64,000 nt of DNA from a virus, in the IMG/VR virus record IMGVR_UViG_3300025253_000052; one strand, given 5' to 3'. Below are positions 47,268-57,492 of the stretch, piece by piece (positions within the stretch are counted from its first letter, which is position 1; every line of letters begins with the position of its first letter). Both the position numbers and the translations under genes were made by a program. The notes below the pieces were generated by a model that was not told where the DNA came from, made no database searches, and was given only the letters and a program-made list of their open reading frames with translations.

Positions 47268-47624
47268 ATGATCCGACACCTGTCAACCGCCCTCTCGGCC
47301 GTCGGCGTCATCGCCGCGGGCCAACTCCTGCTGAGCCTGCCCTTCGAGCCAGATCGCGCGGAAGACGGCCGCATCGTCATCGCCGCCCTCTTGACGCTGG
47401 CGTTGGGCTCTTTCGCCGGCTTCGTCGCACTGCGCGCTGTCGTTCTCACGATCCTCATGATCCTGACTCGCGGCCGCGGGGCCGTCGCCTGGCGAAACCC
47501 CAGCCAGTGCACGACGTTCGGACACTGGATCACGAACGAATGGCACTTCGTGGGCAACGACGGAATGCAAGAGGGTGAGTGCCTGTTCGGGCTCGCCGTG
47601 GCCGTGCAAGGCTCGCCCAAGTAG
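47268..47624 (+). CDS. Membrane hypothetical protein
   Basis: AAAGGAG RBS; hydrophobic segments. Confidence 0.6.
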   Translation: MIRHLSTALSAVGVIAAGQLLLSLPFEPDRAEDGRIVIAALLTLALGSFAGFVALRAVVLTILMILTRGRGAVAWRNPSQCTTFGHWITNEWHFVGNDGMQEGECLFGLAVAVQGSPK

Positions 47625-47666
47625 CCGGGGCTCCGCGCCCCTGCAATTCCAACCAGGAACTCGCTC

Positions 47667-47984
47667 ATGTCCGCATTCGACGCCGAAGTCGCCGTCTCCG
47701 AGATGCCCTCCTCCGCAATCGAGCTCGCCCCGCCGCCCCGCTCGTCCCGTCGAGAGGTGCGCAACCCCCTGGTGGCGCTGCCGGGGTTCAAGATGCTGCG
47801 CCGTCTACCTCCGGAGAGCCGGCACGCACTGCGCGCTATCCTGATCGACCTGCGAGACGACTGCCGCGCGCGCGCCGACAAGTGCTGGCGCACGCACAAG
47901 GCGCCCATGGCGGCGTACTACAAGGCCATCGGCGTCTATGCCAACCATCTCTCGCGCCTCCTCAAGGACGACGTCAAGGACTAA
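47667..47984 (+). CDS. Hypothetical protein
   Basis: ORF in a co-oriented run. Confidence 0.7.
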   Translation: MSAFDAEVAVSEMPSSAIELAPPPRSSRREVRNPLVALPGFKMLRRLPPESRHALRAILIDLRDDCRARADKCWRTHKAPMAAYYKAIGVYANHLSRLLKDDVKD

Positions 47985-47987
47985 CGG

Positions 47988-48230
47988 ATGACCACGACGA
48001 GCGAACTCATCGACCTCCAAGCCCAAGCTGCCGCCTTCGCACGTCGCCACCTGCGTGAGTGCGCCGCCGAGGTGGTCGCGATGCAAGACACCTCCGTTCG
48101 ACCGGCTGGCCGCATGGACGAGCTCATCGCTCTCTTCGACAAGGTGGTCGGTGGGCGGGACAGTCGCAGCGTCGCCGAAGCCGAAGTCAAGCGCGCTGCG
48201 CTCGAGTTCGCGGCCAAGCACGCCTCCTGA
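47988..48230 (+). CDS. Hypothetical protein
   Basis: ORF 3 bp after the previous stop. Confidence 0.65.
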   Translation: MTTTSELIDLQAQAAAFARRHLRECAAEVVAMQDTSVRPAGRMDELIALFDKVVGGRDSRSVAEAEVKRAALEFAAKHAS

Positions 48231-48346
48231 CTTGCCGACCAGCCGGCTCTGGGATTTCAGACCACTCCGGCCCGTCTGCACCGTCGCGGCCCTTGAACTC
48301 CTGGCCGGTGTGCGATATCAACGTCACATAGCATCCAGCGAGGATT

Positions 48347-48712
48347 ATGGACATGGTCGAGTTGAGCGGTCTCGAATACAAGAAGTTCATGAGCTCGCCG
48401 CTCATCTGGAACAACCGCAGCTCCTGGGACGACACGGTGCTCCACGTCAACGGCGTCAATTTCACCCATGGAATCGACGAAGACGACATCGCTGACACGG
48501 ACAAGGTGCAACTCGAGGGCGGCTGCATCGATTCTGCCGAGCCCGGTGTGCCGGAGGGCGTCGAGGAAGCGGTCGAGTGGTGGCGCGCACGCGTCCGTGC
48601 CGCGGCCACCCTTCAGCACCTGAGCGCCACTGTTCCCAACGAACACGTGCAGGCTGTCCGCGACGCCCTTTCGGCGCTCGGCATCGTCGCCACCTTCACG
48701 CCTACCCCTTGA
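48347..48712 (+). CDS. Hypothetical protein
   Basis: GAGG RBS. Confidence 0.65.
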   Translation: MDMVELSGLEYKKFMSSPLIWNNRSSWDDTVLHVNGVNFTHGIDEDDIADTDKVQLEGGCIDSAEPGVPEGVEEAVEWWRARVRAAATLQHLSATVPNEHVQAVRDALSALGIVATFTPTP

Positions 48713-48720
48713 GCATCACC

Positions 48721-48963
48721 ATGCAATCGCAATCCAACACCGCCCAGAAGCTCACCACTGGTCAGGAGCGCGCTGCCATGCGCGTGGCCCGGCACATGTG
48801 GCGCAAAGCCGGATGCCCGGAGAAGGACTCGGAACCGACCTCGGTCGGCTTCTCCTACTACGAAGACCGCGCGCGCGACGTCGTCGCCGGCCTGCTGGAG
48901 CTGGGCTTCGCGGTGACTCGACCGCGCGCCAAGTCCCCCGCCAAGTTCCCCGCCAAGGGCTGA
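48721..48963 (+). CDS. Hypothetical protein
   Basis: ATG 8 bp after the previous stop. Confidence 0.6.
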   Translation: MQSQSNTAQKLTTGQERAAMRVARHMWRKAGCPEKDSEPTSVGFSYYEDRARDVVAGLLELGFAVTRPRAKSPAKFPAKG

Positions 48964-48973
48964 GTCAACCCCC

Positions 48974-49495
48974 ATGTCTGTCGAGCTCTTCACCCCGGAA
49001 AAGCTGCTCGAGCTTGCCCTGACGGCCGAGGCTGAGTACTTGGAGCTAAGCAAGGAATTCGGGCCTGGCACCTATCACCAGGGTCGCAATGAAGCGCGCG
49101 ACCGCCGTGACGCCGCCCAGATCGCTGCCGTCTGGCTCGAAAAGCGCGGCGGCGGGCCCCTGCCCTACGTCGGCATCTTCGGGCAGGTGCCATTCGTGCG
49201 CGGCCAGCGCGTGCGGATCAAGAAGGGCGCGCGGGTCTTCGGCATCAAAGACCCGCGCGAAGGCACCGTGCTCAAGCGCGACCTGGTCGTCAAACTGCAC
49301 TTCGTCGACGGCGGCTGGATTGACTTTGCCGAACGTCGCAACGAAAGCGAGATGGTGCGGCAGCCCAAGGTCACCTGGGCAGGGACAGGCGGCTACTGGC
49401 GGTGGGCTGAAGCCACCGACGTCGAAGCCTATGAGCCGGCCTCTTCGTCACCCGCGGCCGCAAAGCCTGACGATAGGCCTTCTGCGCGCGCCTGA
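48974..49495 (+). CDS. Hypothetical protein
   Basis: 173-aa ORF with a WAGTGGYW motif. Confidence 0.7.
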   Translation: MSVELFTPEKLLELALTAEAEYLELSKEFGPGTYHQGRNEARDRRDAAQIAAVWLEKRGGGPLPYVGIFGQVPFVRGQRVRIKKGARVFGIKDPREGTVLKRDLVVKLHFVDGGWIDFAERRNESEMVRQPKVTWAGTGGYWRWAEATDVEAYEPASSSPAAAKPDDRPSARA

Positions 49496-49570
49496 GCGAG
49501 TCGCCGCGCCGCGCGGGGCACAATCCGCTTCACGCCCGCGAGCGGGAAGCCCACTCTCGTCCTGGAAGAC

Positions 49571-49996
49571 ATGCCAATGCCGCTCACCGAGTTCTCAGAC
49601 GCAACGGCGAACACCTGCACGCGCAAGCCCATGCCGCCGTGCAAGTCGTGCCCGTGGCGCAAGGACGCGCGAGCGTCCGATATCCCGAACTTCAGCCTCC
49701 CGCTGGCGGAGTCGCTCTCTTCATGCAGCCCTGACGCAAACGGCATCGGCCCACACTTTGGTGCCACGAAGATGGCTTGCCACCAGTCCAAGGAAGGCGA
49801 TGAATTCGTCTGCGCCGGCTGGCTTGCGACCGTCGGGCATGCGCACACCGGCGTGCGTCTGTCGCTGCGCGCCGGCAAGATCAACCCGGATGCCCTTGCG
49901 CCAGGGGAAGACTGGCCAGACCTGCACGAGACCTATCCGGAGGTTCTGGCCAAGCTGCGCGACACCTTGGAGCCGGAAGGCGAAACCGGCTCCTGA
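49571..49996 (+). CDS. DUF6283-like Cys/His zinc-binding protein
   Basis: PCKSCPWR..ACHQS..CAGWL. Confidence 0.7.
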   Translation: MPMPLTEFSDATANTCTRKPMPPCKSCPWRKDARASDIPNFSLPLAESLSSCSPDANGIGPHFGATKMACHQSKEGDEFVCAGWLATVGHAHTGVRLSLRAGKINPDALAPGEDWPDLHETYPEVLAKLRDTLEPEGETGS

Positions 49997-50164
49997 GCGA
50001 GCGGCGCACCCTCGGCCGCGGTGCCTCTACCGAGGCCCCGAGGCGCGAAACGCACGAGACCCGAGTTGCCTCGGCCGCTCAACCTCTCTTGAAGTCCTCT
50101 GGGGCAAGTGCTAGCCCCAGTCCATCGGGCGCCAACAAAGGCGACCTGCGATCAAGGACTCAAG

Positions 50165-50536
50165 ATGCCGATGTTGTCGATGAAGGATTGGGTGTGCCTG
50201 GTGCCGCCGGATGAGCTTGCAGCCTTCCGCGCCGCTCAGCTCCAGACAGGATTCGCGGGCCTTCCCCTGCAGGCCGCCCTGTGGCGGGAGGTTGACATCC
50301 GCTTTAATGATGCGGGTCTGCAAGTCGTCCTCTCCAACGTCGACGAGGCCTGCGCCGTCACCGGTGCCGCCCACGCAGGGCTTGGCAAGCGCGCCGTCTC
50401 TCTGTCCTGGGACGCCGTCGACGACTACGCACGCCTGGTGCAGCTGTTCCGCCACGAGCAGCTCTCCGTATTCCAGCGGATCGGCGAGATGACCGCGGAA
50501 CTCCGCGCGAGACACCGCCACGCCTGCGAAGCCTGA
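50165..50536 (+). CDS. Hypothetical protein
   Basis: AAGGA RBS before ATG. Confidence 0.6.
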   Translation: MPMLSMKDWVCLVPPDELAAFRAAQLQTGFAGLPLQAALWREVDIRFNDAGLQVVLSNVDEACAVTGAAHAGLGKRAVSLSWDAVDDYARLVQLFRHEQLSVFQRIGEMTAELRARHRHACEA

Positions 50537-50559
50537 ACCACACCGACCAAGGACATTCC

Positions 50560-51051
50560 ATGCCCAAGACCGCCTCCTCTGCCTCCTGCTCGGGCCAGCC
50601 CGCCCTCCTCACCTATACGCGCCGGTTTGCCGAAGCGCTCTGCGTCATGTGCGGGGAGCTCCCCAGCGCTGAGATGTGCAACGCCTGGCTCTGGGAGGAT
50701 GACGAAGCCCTGCAGGACTGGGTCGGCGCGCGAGTGAAGCTCGAGTGGGTTCAAGCTATCGGGGCCATCGATGGGGCGCGCAAGTTGGCCGAGCAGTGCG
50801 AGGAAGGCCGACCCGACTTCATCACCTTCGAGTCGGAGCGGCTGCTTAGGCGTCTGGCCAGCGGCGAAGCGTTCCCCGTGAAGTTCGCACGCGGCATGTG
50901 GCGTCCCGCGGTCGCTGCCGACAAGGCCTACTGGGAGGGCGTCGTTGACGCACGCAGCAGCGGCTTGGTCAGCATCAAGAGCGGCGAGGGCAACAAGCAC
51001 ATGTTGGAGCACACCTCCCACTCTGCGAACTTCGTCCGCGCCGACTGGTAG
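50560..51051 (+). CDS. Hypothetical protein
   Basis: AAGGA RBS, 163 aa. Confidence 0.65.
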   Translation: MPKTASSASCSGQPALLTYTRRFAEALCVMCGELPSAEMCNAWLWEDDEALQDWVGARVKLEWVQAIGAIDGARKLAEQCEEGRPDFITFESERLLRRLASGEAFPVKFARGMWRPAVAADKAYWEGVVDARSSGLVSIKSGEGNKHMLEHTSHSANFVRADW

Positions 51052-51193
51052 TTGCGATCTTCAAGCCTGGTGTGGCGGGCTGGCGTGAGGAGAGCGCTGC
51101 CGCTCATTCCGGGCATATTGCCGCGCGCCGCGATCTACCTTCGGCGGCGGCTCGCTTGAAATACAACAACACTTAGTATACTTTCTCTGCTAT

Positions 51194-51688
51194 ATGACCC
51201 GCGCCAAGAACTCCTCCCTGACCGTTGCTCGAAACGGTATCGACCTCGCCCGAATCGCTCCTGAAGTGCATTCGCGCTACAGCCCGAACCTGCATGCCTT
51301 CCTGAGCATGCCGCACAACGGGCCGCTCGCACGATTCGGCCGCGTCTACCGTGACGACAAGGGAGCTTTGTGGGTTGGCTTCATCTTCGACGGCGACTTC
51401 ACGGGAGCTCGCATGACGCATGTGCTCGCCTGGGGCGGAACGCGCACGGTGTCGACCTTCCTTGGCTTGGCTGCCGAGCTGAAAGAGGTGGAGGGCTTCT
51501 GGGAGCGCTACATCGCCACCGGTCGCTGCGCCATCGACGAAAAGCACGAGGAGGTGATGGCCGGCGACGAGTTTCGCTGGAGTACGTCCGGTGACTCGCG
51601 AACCTGCCGCTGGTGCGGCTCCCACACGCAAGTCATGAAGCGCTGGACGGAGGAAGTCCCGCGCGCAACTTGGGTGTCAGCGGCCTGA
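51194..51688 (+). CDS. Hypothetical protein with C..H..CxxC zinc-like motif
   Basis: GRCAIDEKH..CRWCG; AT-rich upstream region. Confidence 0.7.
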   Translation: MTRAKNSSLTVARNGIDLARIAPEVHSRYSPNLHAFLSMPHNGPLARFGRVYRDDKGALWVGFIFDGDFTGARMTHVLAWGGTRTVSTFLGLAAELKEVEGFWERYIATGRCAIDEKHEEVMAGDEFRWSTSGDSRTCRWCGSHTQVMKRWTEEVPRATWVSAA

Positions 51689-51729
51689 CCTGCCCTAAGC
51701 CGCTCGCATCCTCATCGAAGACCGTCACC

Positions 51730-52827
51730 ATGTATCACCCGACCTCCCGCGCCCTCTTGTCTGTCTACTCCGGCATGGCCTGGATCAAGCGCCGCCTGGC
51801 TGGCGTTAGCGAGGACTCCTACGAGGTGCAGCTCCTCAAGCTGCTGCGCGACGTCATGCTGCACGGCACGATGCAGGCCAACCGCACAGGCGTCGACGCG
51901 ATGACGCTGTCTGGCGCAGCCCTGCGATTCGACGCCTCGAAGGGCTTTCCCGCCGTCACGACCAAGCGTCTGCCGATCAAGTCTGTCGTGGGCGAACTCT
52001 GCGCGATGCTGCGCGGCATCACCAGTGCAGCTGGCTTTCGCGAATTCGGCTGCAAGGTGTGGGATCAGAACGCGAACGAGAACAAGGATTGGCTCAGCAA
52101 TCCGTATCGAAAGGGTACGGATGACCTTGGCCCGATCTACGGCGCGCAGTGGCGCTCGTGGCAGGCCTTCAAGGACCTCGACCTGGGCGAACCGACCGCG
52201 GGTGACGCGCACGTGCGCGAGAACCCCAAGCTTGCGGCGGCCCTGAAGCACGGCTACGTCGTCGTCTCGAACTACGTGAGCGCAGACGGCCACGACCACG
52301 TCGTCCTGAACAAGGCCGTCGACCAGCTGCGGCAATGCGTCGAGACCATCGCCAACAACCCGACGGACCGTCGCATCCTGTTCCACGGATGGAACCCTGC
52401 GACCCTCGAAGAGCAGGCGCTGCCGGTCTGCCACCTCCTGTACCAGTTCTTGCCGAACGTCGAGCGGCGCGAGCTCTCGCTCTGCTTGTATCTCCGGTCG
52501 AATGACCTGGGTCTGGGCAATCCGTACAACGCCGCGGAGGCCACCGCGCTGCTCGAGCTTGTGGCGCGCCTGACTGGCTACACTGCCAAGTGGGTGACCC
52601 TATTCATCGCGGACGCGCACGTCTACTCCAGCCACTTCTCGATGGTCACGCAGATGCTCCGGCGCACCCCGAAGAAGGCGCCACGCCTGCGCATCTCCGA
52701 CCGCATCCCGAAGTTCACGGAAACCGGCGCACTCGACGTGACCTGGCTCGACAACGCACTCCCCAGCGACTTCACGCTCGAAGGCTACGAGCACCACGAC
52801 CCCATCAGCGCGCCCATGGCCGTCTGA
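51730..52827 (+). CDS. thyA: Thymidylate synthase
   Basis: NRTG, GFPAVTTK, LGPIYGAQWR, ALPVCH, RSNDLGLG.PYN, DAHVY, APMAV. Confidence 0.95.
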   Translation: MYHPTSRALLSVYSGMAWIKRRLAGVSEDSYEVQLLKLLRDVMLHGTMQANRTGVDAMTLSGAALRFDASKGFPAVTTKRLPIKSVVGELCAMLRGITSAAGFREFGCKVWDQNANENKDWLSNPYRKGTDDLGPIYGAQWRSWQAFKDLDLGEPTAGDAHVRENPKLAAALKHGYVVVSNYVSADGHDHVVLNKAVDQLRQCVETIANNPTDRRILFHGWNPATLEEQALPVCHLLYQFLPNVERRELSLCLYLRSNDLGLGNPYNAAEATALLELVARLTGYTAKWVTLFIADAHVYSSHFSMVTQMLRRTPKKAPRLRISDRIPKFTETGALDVTWLDNALPSDFTLEGYEHHDPISAPMAV

Positions 52828-52840
52828 CCGCAGGACATTC

Positions 52841-53086
52841 ATGCCCAAGACGCTTGTCATCAACGACTGCTCGCAGTGCCCGCACTACGAGCAAGACCCC
52901 CAGGAGTGGCCCGACCTCTACGGCGCGGACGTGTGCACGCATCCGTCGACCCTGGGTGAACCACAGCAGGTGCCGCAGGCCGGCGGGCGCAGCCCCGGGG
53001 CAATGCGGCTGGTGCCGGGCAAGCCGATCTTGCTGGCGGCGTTTCCGACCATCCCGTCGTCCTGTCCACTGGCGGACGCAGCGTGA
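52841..53086 (+). CDS. Small Cys-rich protein
   Basis: CSQCPHY..C..CPL. Confidence 0.6.
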   Translation: MPKTLVINDCSQCPHYEQDPQEWPDLYGADVCTHPSTLGEPQQVPQAGGRSPGAMRLVPGKPILLAAFPTIPSSCPLADAA

Positions 53087-53415
53087 GCGCCGACCACATC
53101 GCTCATGCAGCGCCGGCGCCGCTGGCCGGCCGCCTGATGGCCCAGGCTTCTGAAGCTATCCGCCTCATCTGCCATCCGCGCGAGTGGTTCACGCTGAACT
53201 TCGTGCTTCAGGTCACTGGTGCGAGCTTTGGCCTGGGCGGCCAGTGGCTGGTGGGAGCACACAGCGCCAACGGCTTCATCTGCTGGGTCATCTCGAACAC
53301 GGCGCTCATCGTTCTGCAGATGAGGATGCGCCTGCGCGTGCTGATCGCGCTGCATTCCGTCTATCTCGTGCTCAGCGTCAAGGCGTACCTCGACTGGACG
53401 CGCGCGCTCAACTAG
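53083..53415 (+). CDS. Small membrane protein (PnuC/SemiSWEET-like three-helix unit)
   Basis: GQWLV..GFICWVISN..YLDW. Confidence 0.55.
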   Translation: MSADHIAHAAPAPLAGRLMAQASEAIRLICHPREWFTLNFVLQVTGASFGLGGQWLVGAHSANGFICWVISNTALIVLQMRMRLRVLIALHSVYLVLSVKAYLDWTRALN

Positions 53416-53544
53416 GGCGCGTGCCCTGCACGCCCCTGTCAGGACGCGCGACATCGTGCGCACTCTCCACATTGTGACCACGATTGGACATTTGTCAGCG
53501 CATAGTGTATACTTTGTGCTATTCGACGGATCGTTCCAATTCAC

Positions 53545-53847
53545 ATGTCCATCTCGGCAGAAATCGACGCGATCTTGCTCGCGCCCAAGCCAGACCGCAA
53601 CCACGGGCTCGGGCGCATTCTGCGCACGCTTCGCAAGGCCCGTGGCCTGACGCAAGTCGACCTGGCCAACCAGCTGGGCATCGAGCGCACGAGCGTTTGC
53701 AACATCGAGACGGGCACGCAGCCGCTCACGGTCGAGCGCCTTGAGCAGATTGCACAGTTGCTCTCGGTCGAAATCAAGATGTCGTTCACGTCGACGTCGT
53801 CCGTCGCCCTCCAGCAGTCCCATCGCCTGGGTGGCGCGCATGAGTGA
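53545..53847 (+). CDS. XRE-family HTH regulator
   Basis: LRKARGLTQVDLANQLGIERTSVCNIETG; upstream TGGACA-N17-TATACT. Confidence 0.85.
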   Translation: MSISAEIDAILLAPKPDRNHGLGRILRTLRKARGLTQVDLANQLGIERTSVCNIETGTQPLTVERLEQIAQLLSVEIKMSFTSTSSVALQQSHRLGGAHE

Positions 53848-54148
53848 CGCCCAGGTCATGCAGTCGCAGCGTTTTCACTCGAGTGGGCCTCGCGAGACCG
53901 CGCTGGGGCTGGTGCTCATCGCCGCGCTGGTGGCCGCCGGGTTCGCCGCCAGCACTCAACGAGCGAGTGCGGTGCCGGCCACCCTGGCGACCATTCAAGC
54001 CGCTCCATCTTGCGCTCGCGTTTCGGTCAAGGCAATCAAGGCGGCCGCAGGCGCCAGCGCCCCGATCACCATTGCAGACGTCCAGATGGTCTCCGCGGTG
54101 TGCCAGCAGGCAGTCTCGACCGTTGGCCCGACCACCAACGCGCGCTGA
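53840..54148 (+). CDS. Membrane-anchored hypothetical protein
   Basis: Overlaps the HTH gene stop; one TM segment. Confidence 0.55.
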   Translation: MSDAQVMQSQRFHSSGPRETALGLVLIAALVAAGFAASTQRASAVPATLATIQAAPSCARVSVKAIKAAAGASAPITIADVQMVSAVCQQAVSTVGPTTNAR

Positions 54149-54211
54149 ATAGGGTATCCGGATTGCGCTATGGCTGGCCACAACGAAATCCGCTTTTTGG
54201 AGTCAAGAAAC

Positions 54212-54439
54212 ATGAAGCCGTCAATCATTGAAGACCTCTGCCGGTGTCTGGCATTCCACGCGGTGGAGAGCGAGAACACATCCAAGTTCATGACCCCGCC
54301 GGATGTCGAGGTAGAACAGCAAGTTGCGGAAGCGAAGCGCCTCATTGCGGCCGCTGGCTTTGACTTCGACGTGCTCTATCCGGTCGCTGATCGCCCTGTG
54401 GTCAGTAGCACTCGGAAGGCTTCCAAAGCACAACATTGA
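54212..54439 (+). CDS. Small hypothetical protein
   Basis: GGAG before ATG. Confidence 0.5.
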   Translation: MKPSIIEDLCRCLAFHAVESENTSKFMTPPDVEVEQQVAEAKRLIAAAGFDFDVLYPVADRPVVSSTRKASKAQH

Positions 54440-54477
54440 GAGGTGTGGTCGCCCACAGCGCAGTCCGGATACCCAAT

Positions 54478-55377
54478 ATGTTGACCGTCGCCGTTTCCAG
54501 CCGCTCGCTCTTTCACCTGGAAGAAGCGAATGCCATCCACGAGCAGCAGGGCCAAGCTGCCTTCGACGAGTTCATGATCCGGACGGAAGATGACCCTCTT
54601 CAGCCCGGCGCTGCGTTCTCCCTGGTGCGCAAGCTTCTTGCGCTGAACACGCCTGGTGACAGGCCTGATCGTGTCGACGTCGTGCTGCTGTCGCGTAACA
54701 CGGCCAACGCAGGACTGCGTGTTCTCAACTCGGTCAGCCACTACAAGCTCCCCATCGAGCAGGCGGTCTTCACGGGCGGCGTGGACCGCTTTCGCTATGC
54801 CCTGGCCATGAAGGCTGACCTCGTGCTGTGCGCAGAGCCTGAAGAGGCGCGCCGCGCGCTTGCAAGCGGCCTTGCCGCCGCGTGCATCACACCGTTTGCG
54901 CACGACCCGCGCCAGCGCGACCACGAGGGTGTCCACATCGCGTTCGACGGCGATTCGGTTCTTTTCGACGAGAAGTCCGACCAGCACTACCGCGAGCACG
55001 GCCTGGCGTCCTTCACCGAGTCTGAGGTTCGCAACGCAGTCGTCCCCATGGGCGATGGCCCCTTCAAGCGGCTTCTCGAAAAGCTGTGCGAGCTCCAGCG
55101 CTCTTTGCCCGCGTCGCAGGCGCATCTACTGCGGACGGCGCTCATCACTGCCCGCTCGACGCCCGCGCACGCACGCCCAATCCTGACCCAGCGCTCGTGG
55201 GGCATCAACGTCGACGAGTCCATGTTCACGGGCGGCCGTCCCAAGGGCCCGTTCCTTCGCGCTTTCGGGGCTGACATGTTCTTCGATGACACCGGCCACA
55301 ACATTGCGTCCGCCGGCGAGCACGGCATCCCGGCCGGATTGGTGCCCACCGGTGCCTCCGGTATCGTCTGCAGGTAA
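54478..55377 (+). CDS. 5'-nucleotidase (HAD-like, cN-I type)
   Basis: VAVSSRSLF, LLSRN, IAFDGDSVLF, LITAR, FFDD. Confidence 0.9.
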   Translation: MLTVAVSSRSLFHLEEANAIHEQQGQAAFDEFMIRTEDDPLQPGAAFSLVRKLLALNTPGDRPDRVDVVLLSRNTANAGLRVLNSVSHYKLPIEQAVFTGGVDRFRYALAMKADLVLCAEPEEARRALASGLAAACITPFAHDPRQRDHEGVHIAFDGDSVLFDEKSDQHYREHGLASFTESEVRNAVVPMGDGPFKRLLEKLCELQRSLPASQAHLLRTALITARSTPAHARPILTQRSWGINVDESMFTGGRPKGPFLRAFGADMFFDDTGHNIASAGEHGIPAGLVPTGASGIVCR

Positions 55378-55382
55378 TCGCC

Positions 55383-56111
55383 ATGGCAACGTTCCGCAAT
55401 GGGACCCGCATCCGCATCAGAAATGCGAACCGTCTGGCCGCGCGCGCGGGTGTGCCCGGCGCCATGCTCGAGTCAGCTCTTGGGACTGTGATCCAGGAGT
55501 CGCGCGAGCCTGGCGGCTACTGGGTGCGCATGGACAAGCGACTGCCAAAGGACTTGCAGGGGCGGTTTCCGGCCAATCACCCGTTCGGTCGCAACCTCCT
55601 GCTTTTCGAGTCAGAGTGCGAGAGATGGTCGGGCGACGGCTACGCGGCATTCCACCGCGAAGACTTTGACCGCGCCATCGACGAGGCACGCCTGGCCGTC
55701 GCGCACACGCACCTTCGCGGGGGTGCAGCCCCCGTCCAGGCAGGCGCGGCTGTCGAGGATGTCTGGTGGCGCGATGCAACCCGCCAGCTCGACGTTGTCA
55801 GCGCCAACGGTATTGGCGAGTTCGTCTACCGTGTTGGCATCGGCTCCCGGCCGATTTCGCTTCTCGTCTATTCGTCCGTCAGCCGCGCATCGCTCTGGAG
55901 CCGGGCCGCCAGCGAAGACGCGATCCGCTTCGTCTACGAGCGTCGCGTGAAGGACGAGCACGTGCACCTAAGCGCCAGCACTCGCGTCAATCGAAGTGGC
56001 TCGGCGCCTCTCGACCGCGTTGTCGAACGCGTCGTCGAACTGCTCGACCCGGCCGTCGTTGGACCACTTGGTCGCCAGCAGTGGGCTCGAGGCCCGGCCG
56101 GCACGCGCTGA
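55383..56111 (+). CDS. Hypothetical protein
   Basis: 242-aa ORF following the nucleotidase. Confidence 0.65.
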   Translation: MATFRNGTRIRIRNANRLAARAGVPGAMLESALGTVIQESREPGGYWVRMDKRLPKDLQGRFPANHPFGRNLLLFESECERWSGDGYAAFHREDFDRAIDEARLAVAHTHLRGGAAPVQAGAAVEDVWWRDATRQLDVVSANGIGEFVYRVGIGSRPISLLVYSSVSRASLWSRAASEDAIRFVYERRVKDEHVHLSASTRVNRSGSAPLDRVVERVVELLDPAVVGPLGRQQWARGPAGTR

Positions 56112-56143
56112 ACACCACCAGCTACCTCACCCAATAGACAACC

Positions 56144-56662
56144 ATGCAATTTCTCCTTGCGACCTGCGCTGCGTTCCTGACCCTTCTCTTCAGCGTGTCC
56201 AACATGGCGCTGCGCACTGTGCTGTTTATCTCGCCGAGTTGGAAGTCGCTTCCGAAGGTCGTGAAGCTGCGCGGCTTCACCTTCTTGTACCTGCTCACCT
56301 GCTACTTCGGCGCCGCCGTGCTGCGGCATCACTACGTGGCTCACAGCCGCTGGCTGATCGTCTTCTTCAGCGCAACGCTGTACCTCGTATTCCTCATCCC
56401 ATTTTTTCGGCGCAACTTGCGGCTCTTTTCCATGGTGCTTCTCGCGTCCATCGGCGTGGACATCGTGATGGCGGCCGCGGGCCTGGCCGGCGTGGACATC
56501 AAGGATGCCCGAGTGGCCTCCACCGTCGATTTTTGGGAGCACCTGGCCGCCATCATTGGCGCGACACGCCTGTACCTCTCTGATCGCGCAGAGATGCGTG
56601 CCGCAGCTGCCAAGGTGCACGCGGACAACTCGACCGACAATCCCCCCGCCGACCAGAACTGA
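56144..56662 (+). CDS. Multi-pass membrane protein
   Basis: Several hydrophobic helices. Confidence 0.7.
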   Translation: MQFLLATCAAFLTLLFSVSNMALRTVLFISPSWKSLPKVVKLRGFTFLYLLTCYFGAAVLRHHYVAHSRWLIVFFSATLYLVFLIPFFRRNLRLFSMVLLASIGVDIVMAAAGLAGVDIKDARVASTVDFWEHLAAIIGATRLYLSDRAEMRAAAAKVHADNSTDNPPADQN

Positions 56663-56717
56663 CTTTGGCTGCCAAGTCATCTCGAACGCCCCTTCCAGCA
56701 CCCTCGAGGACTCGATC

Positions 56718-56915
56718 ATGGAAACCTTCGACATCACCCGTGCGAAGATTCGCGCTGACCGCCTGGGGCGCCGAAAGCGCGCACTGCACGTCGTCAGCGC
56801 GGCGGCAGTCGCCGCAGGCCTCGGCTACGTCTGCTTTGGCGGTCTCGCTGCGGCGGGGCTCGGCGCATTCGCCGCCTTCGTTACGCGCGAACTGACCAAG
56901 CCCCTGGGCTTTTAA
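56718..56915 (+). CDS. Small membrane protein
   Basis: GAGG RBS; hydrophobic C-half. Confidence 0.55.
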   Translation: METFDITRAKIRADRLGRRKRALHVVSAAAVAAGLGYVCFGGLAAAGLGAFAAFVTRELTKPLGF

Positions 56916-56935
56916 CCCTCTCGCGCCAGCTCGCT

Positions 56936-57415
56936 ATGCCCAAGATCAGCCCCGACGCCCTGCTGCAGTCCGCGATCAGGTTCGCGGTGCTAGACCGTGA
57001 GTGGATGGTCGACAGCCTGGCGCACATGAAGGGCCCGGAGTATGACGCCGCCGTCGACCAGGTGGCGCGCGTCACCGCCCTGACTGGACGCAAGTTCGAG
57101 TCGTTCAGCGATGCCGACATGCACACGGCAATGCTGACGTTCATCTGGGCTGAGCAGTGGGAAAGCAGCCTGGCCCAAGCCACGCCTGGCGAGGACATCC
57201 GAAAGCGCTGCGTGCGCAACGTGGAGCGCTTCAAGGCCTTTCGCCATCATGTTTGGGGAATGACCAAGCTCGAGAAGATGGACGAGGAAGCGAAGACCGC
57301 CACGAAAGTCTGGCGCATCGGCCCCGACGGCATGAATCTCGTCGACGTCAAGCCGGCCGAATCAAGCACGGCCGGTACGCCGGAGAAACCTCAAACCAAG
57401 CGCCGCCCTCGGTAG
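56936..57415 (+). CDS. Hypothetical protein with basic tail
   Basis: 159 aa, ends QTKRRPR. Confidence 0.7.
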   Translation: MPKISPDALLQSAIRFAVLDREWMVDSLAHMKGPEYDAAVDQVARVTALTGRKFESFSDADMHTAMLTFIWAEQWESSLAQATPGEDIRKRCVRNVERFKAFRHHVWGMTKLEKMDEEAKTATKVWRIGPDGMNLVDVKPAESSTAGTPEKPQTKRRPR

Positions 57416-57492
57416 CAGCTCCGCGCCGCTCGGCAAGCAGCGGCGCCGCATCCCGCGGCGCCGCCTACTTCACGCACTCAGCGCTTGACGCG

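Noticed and set aside
41662..57415. Prophage
   Set aside because: Some genes are phage-like (DUF1064, thyA, small orphans), but no capsid, terminase, tail, lysis or integrase genes are recognisable.
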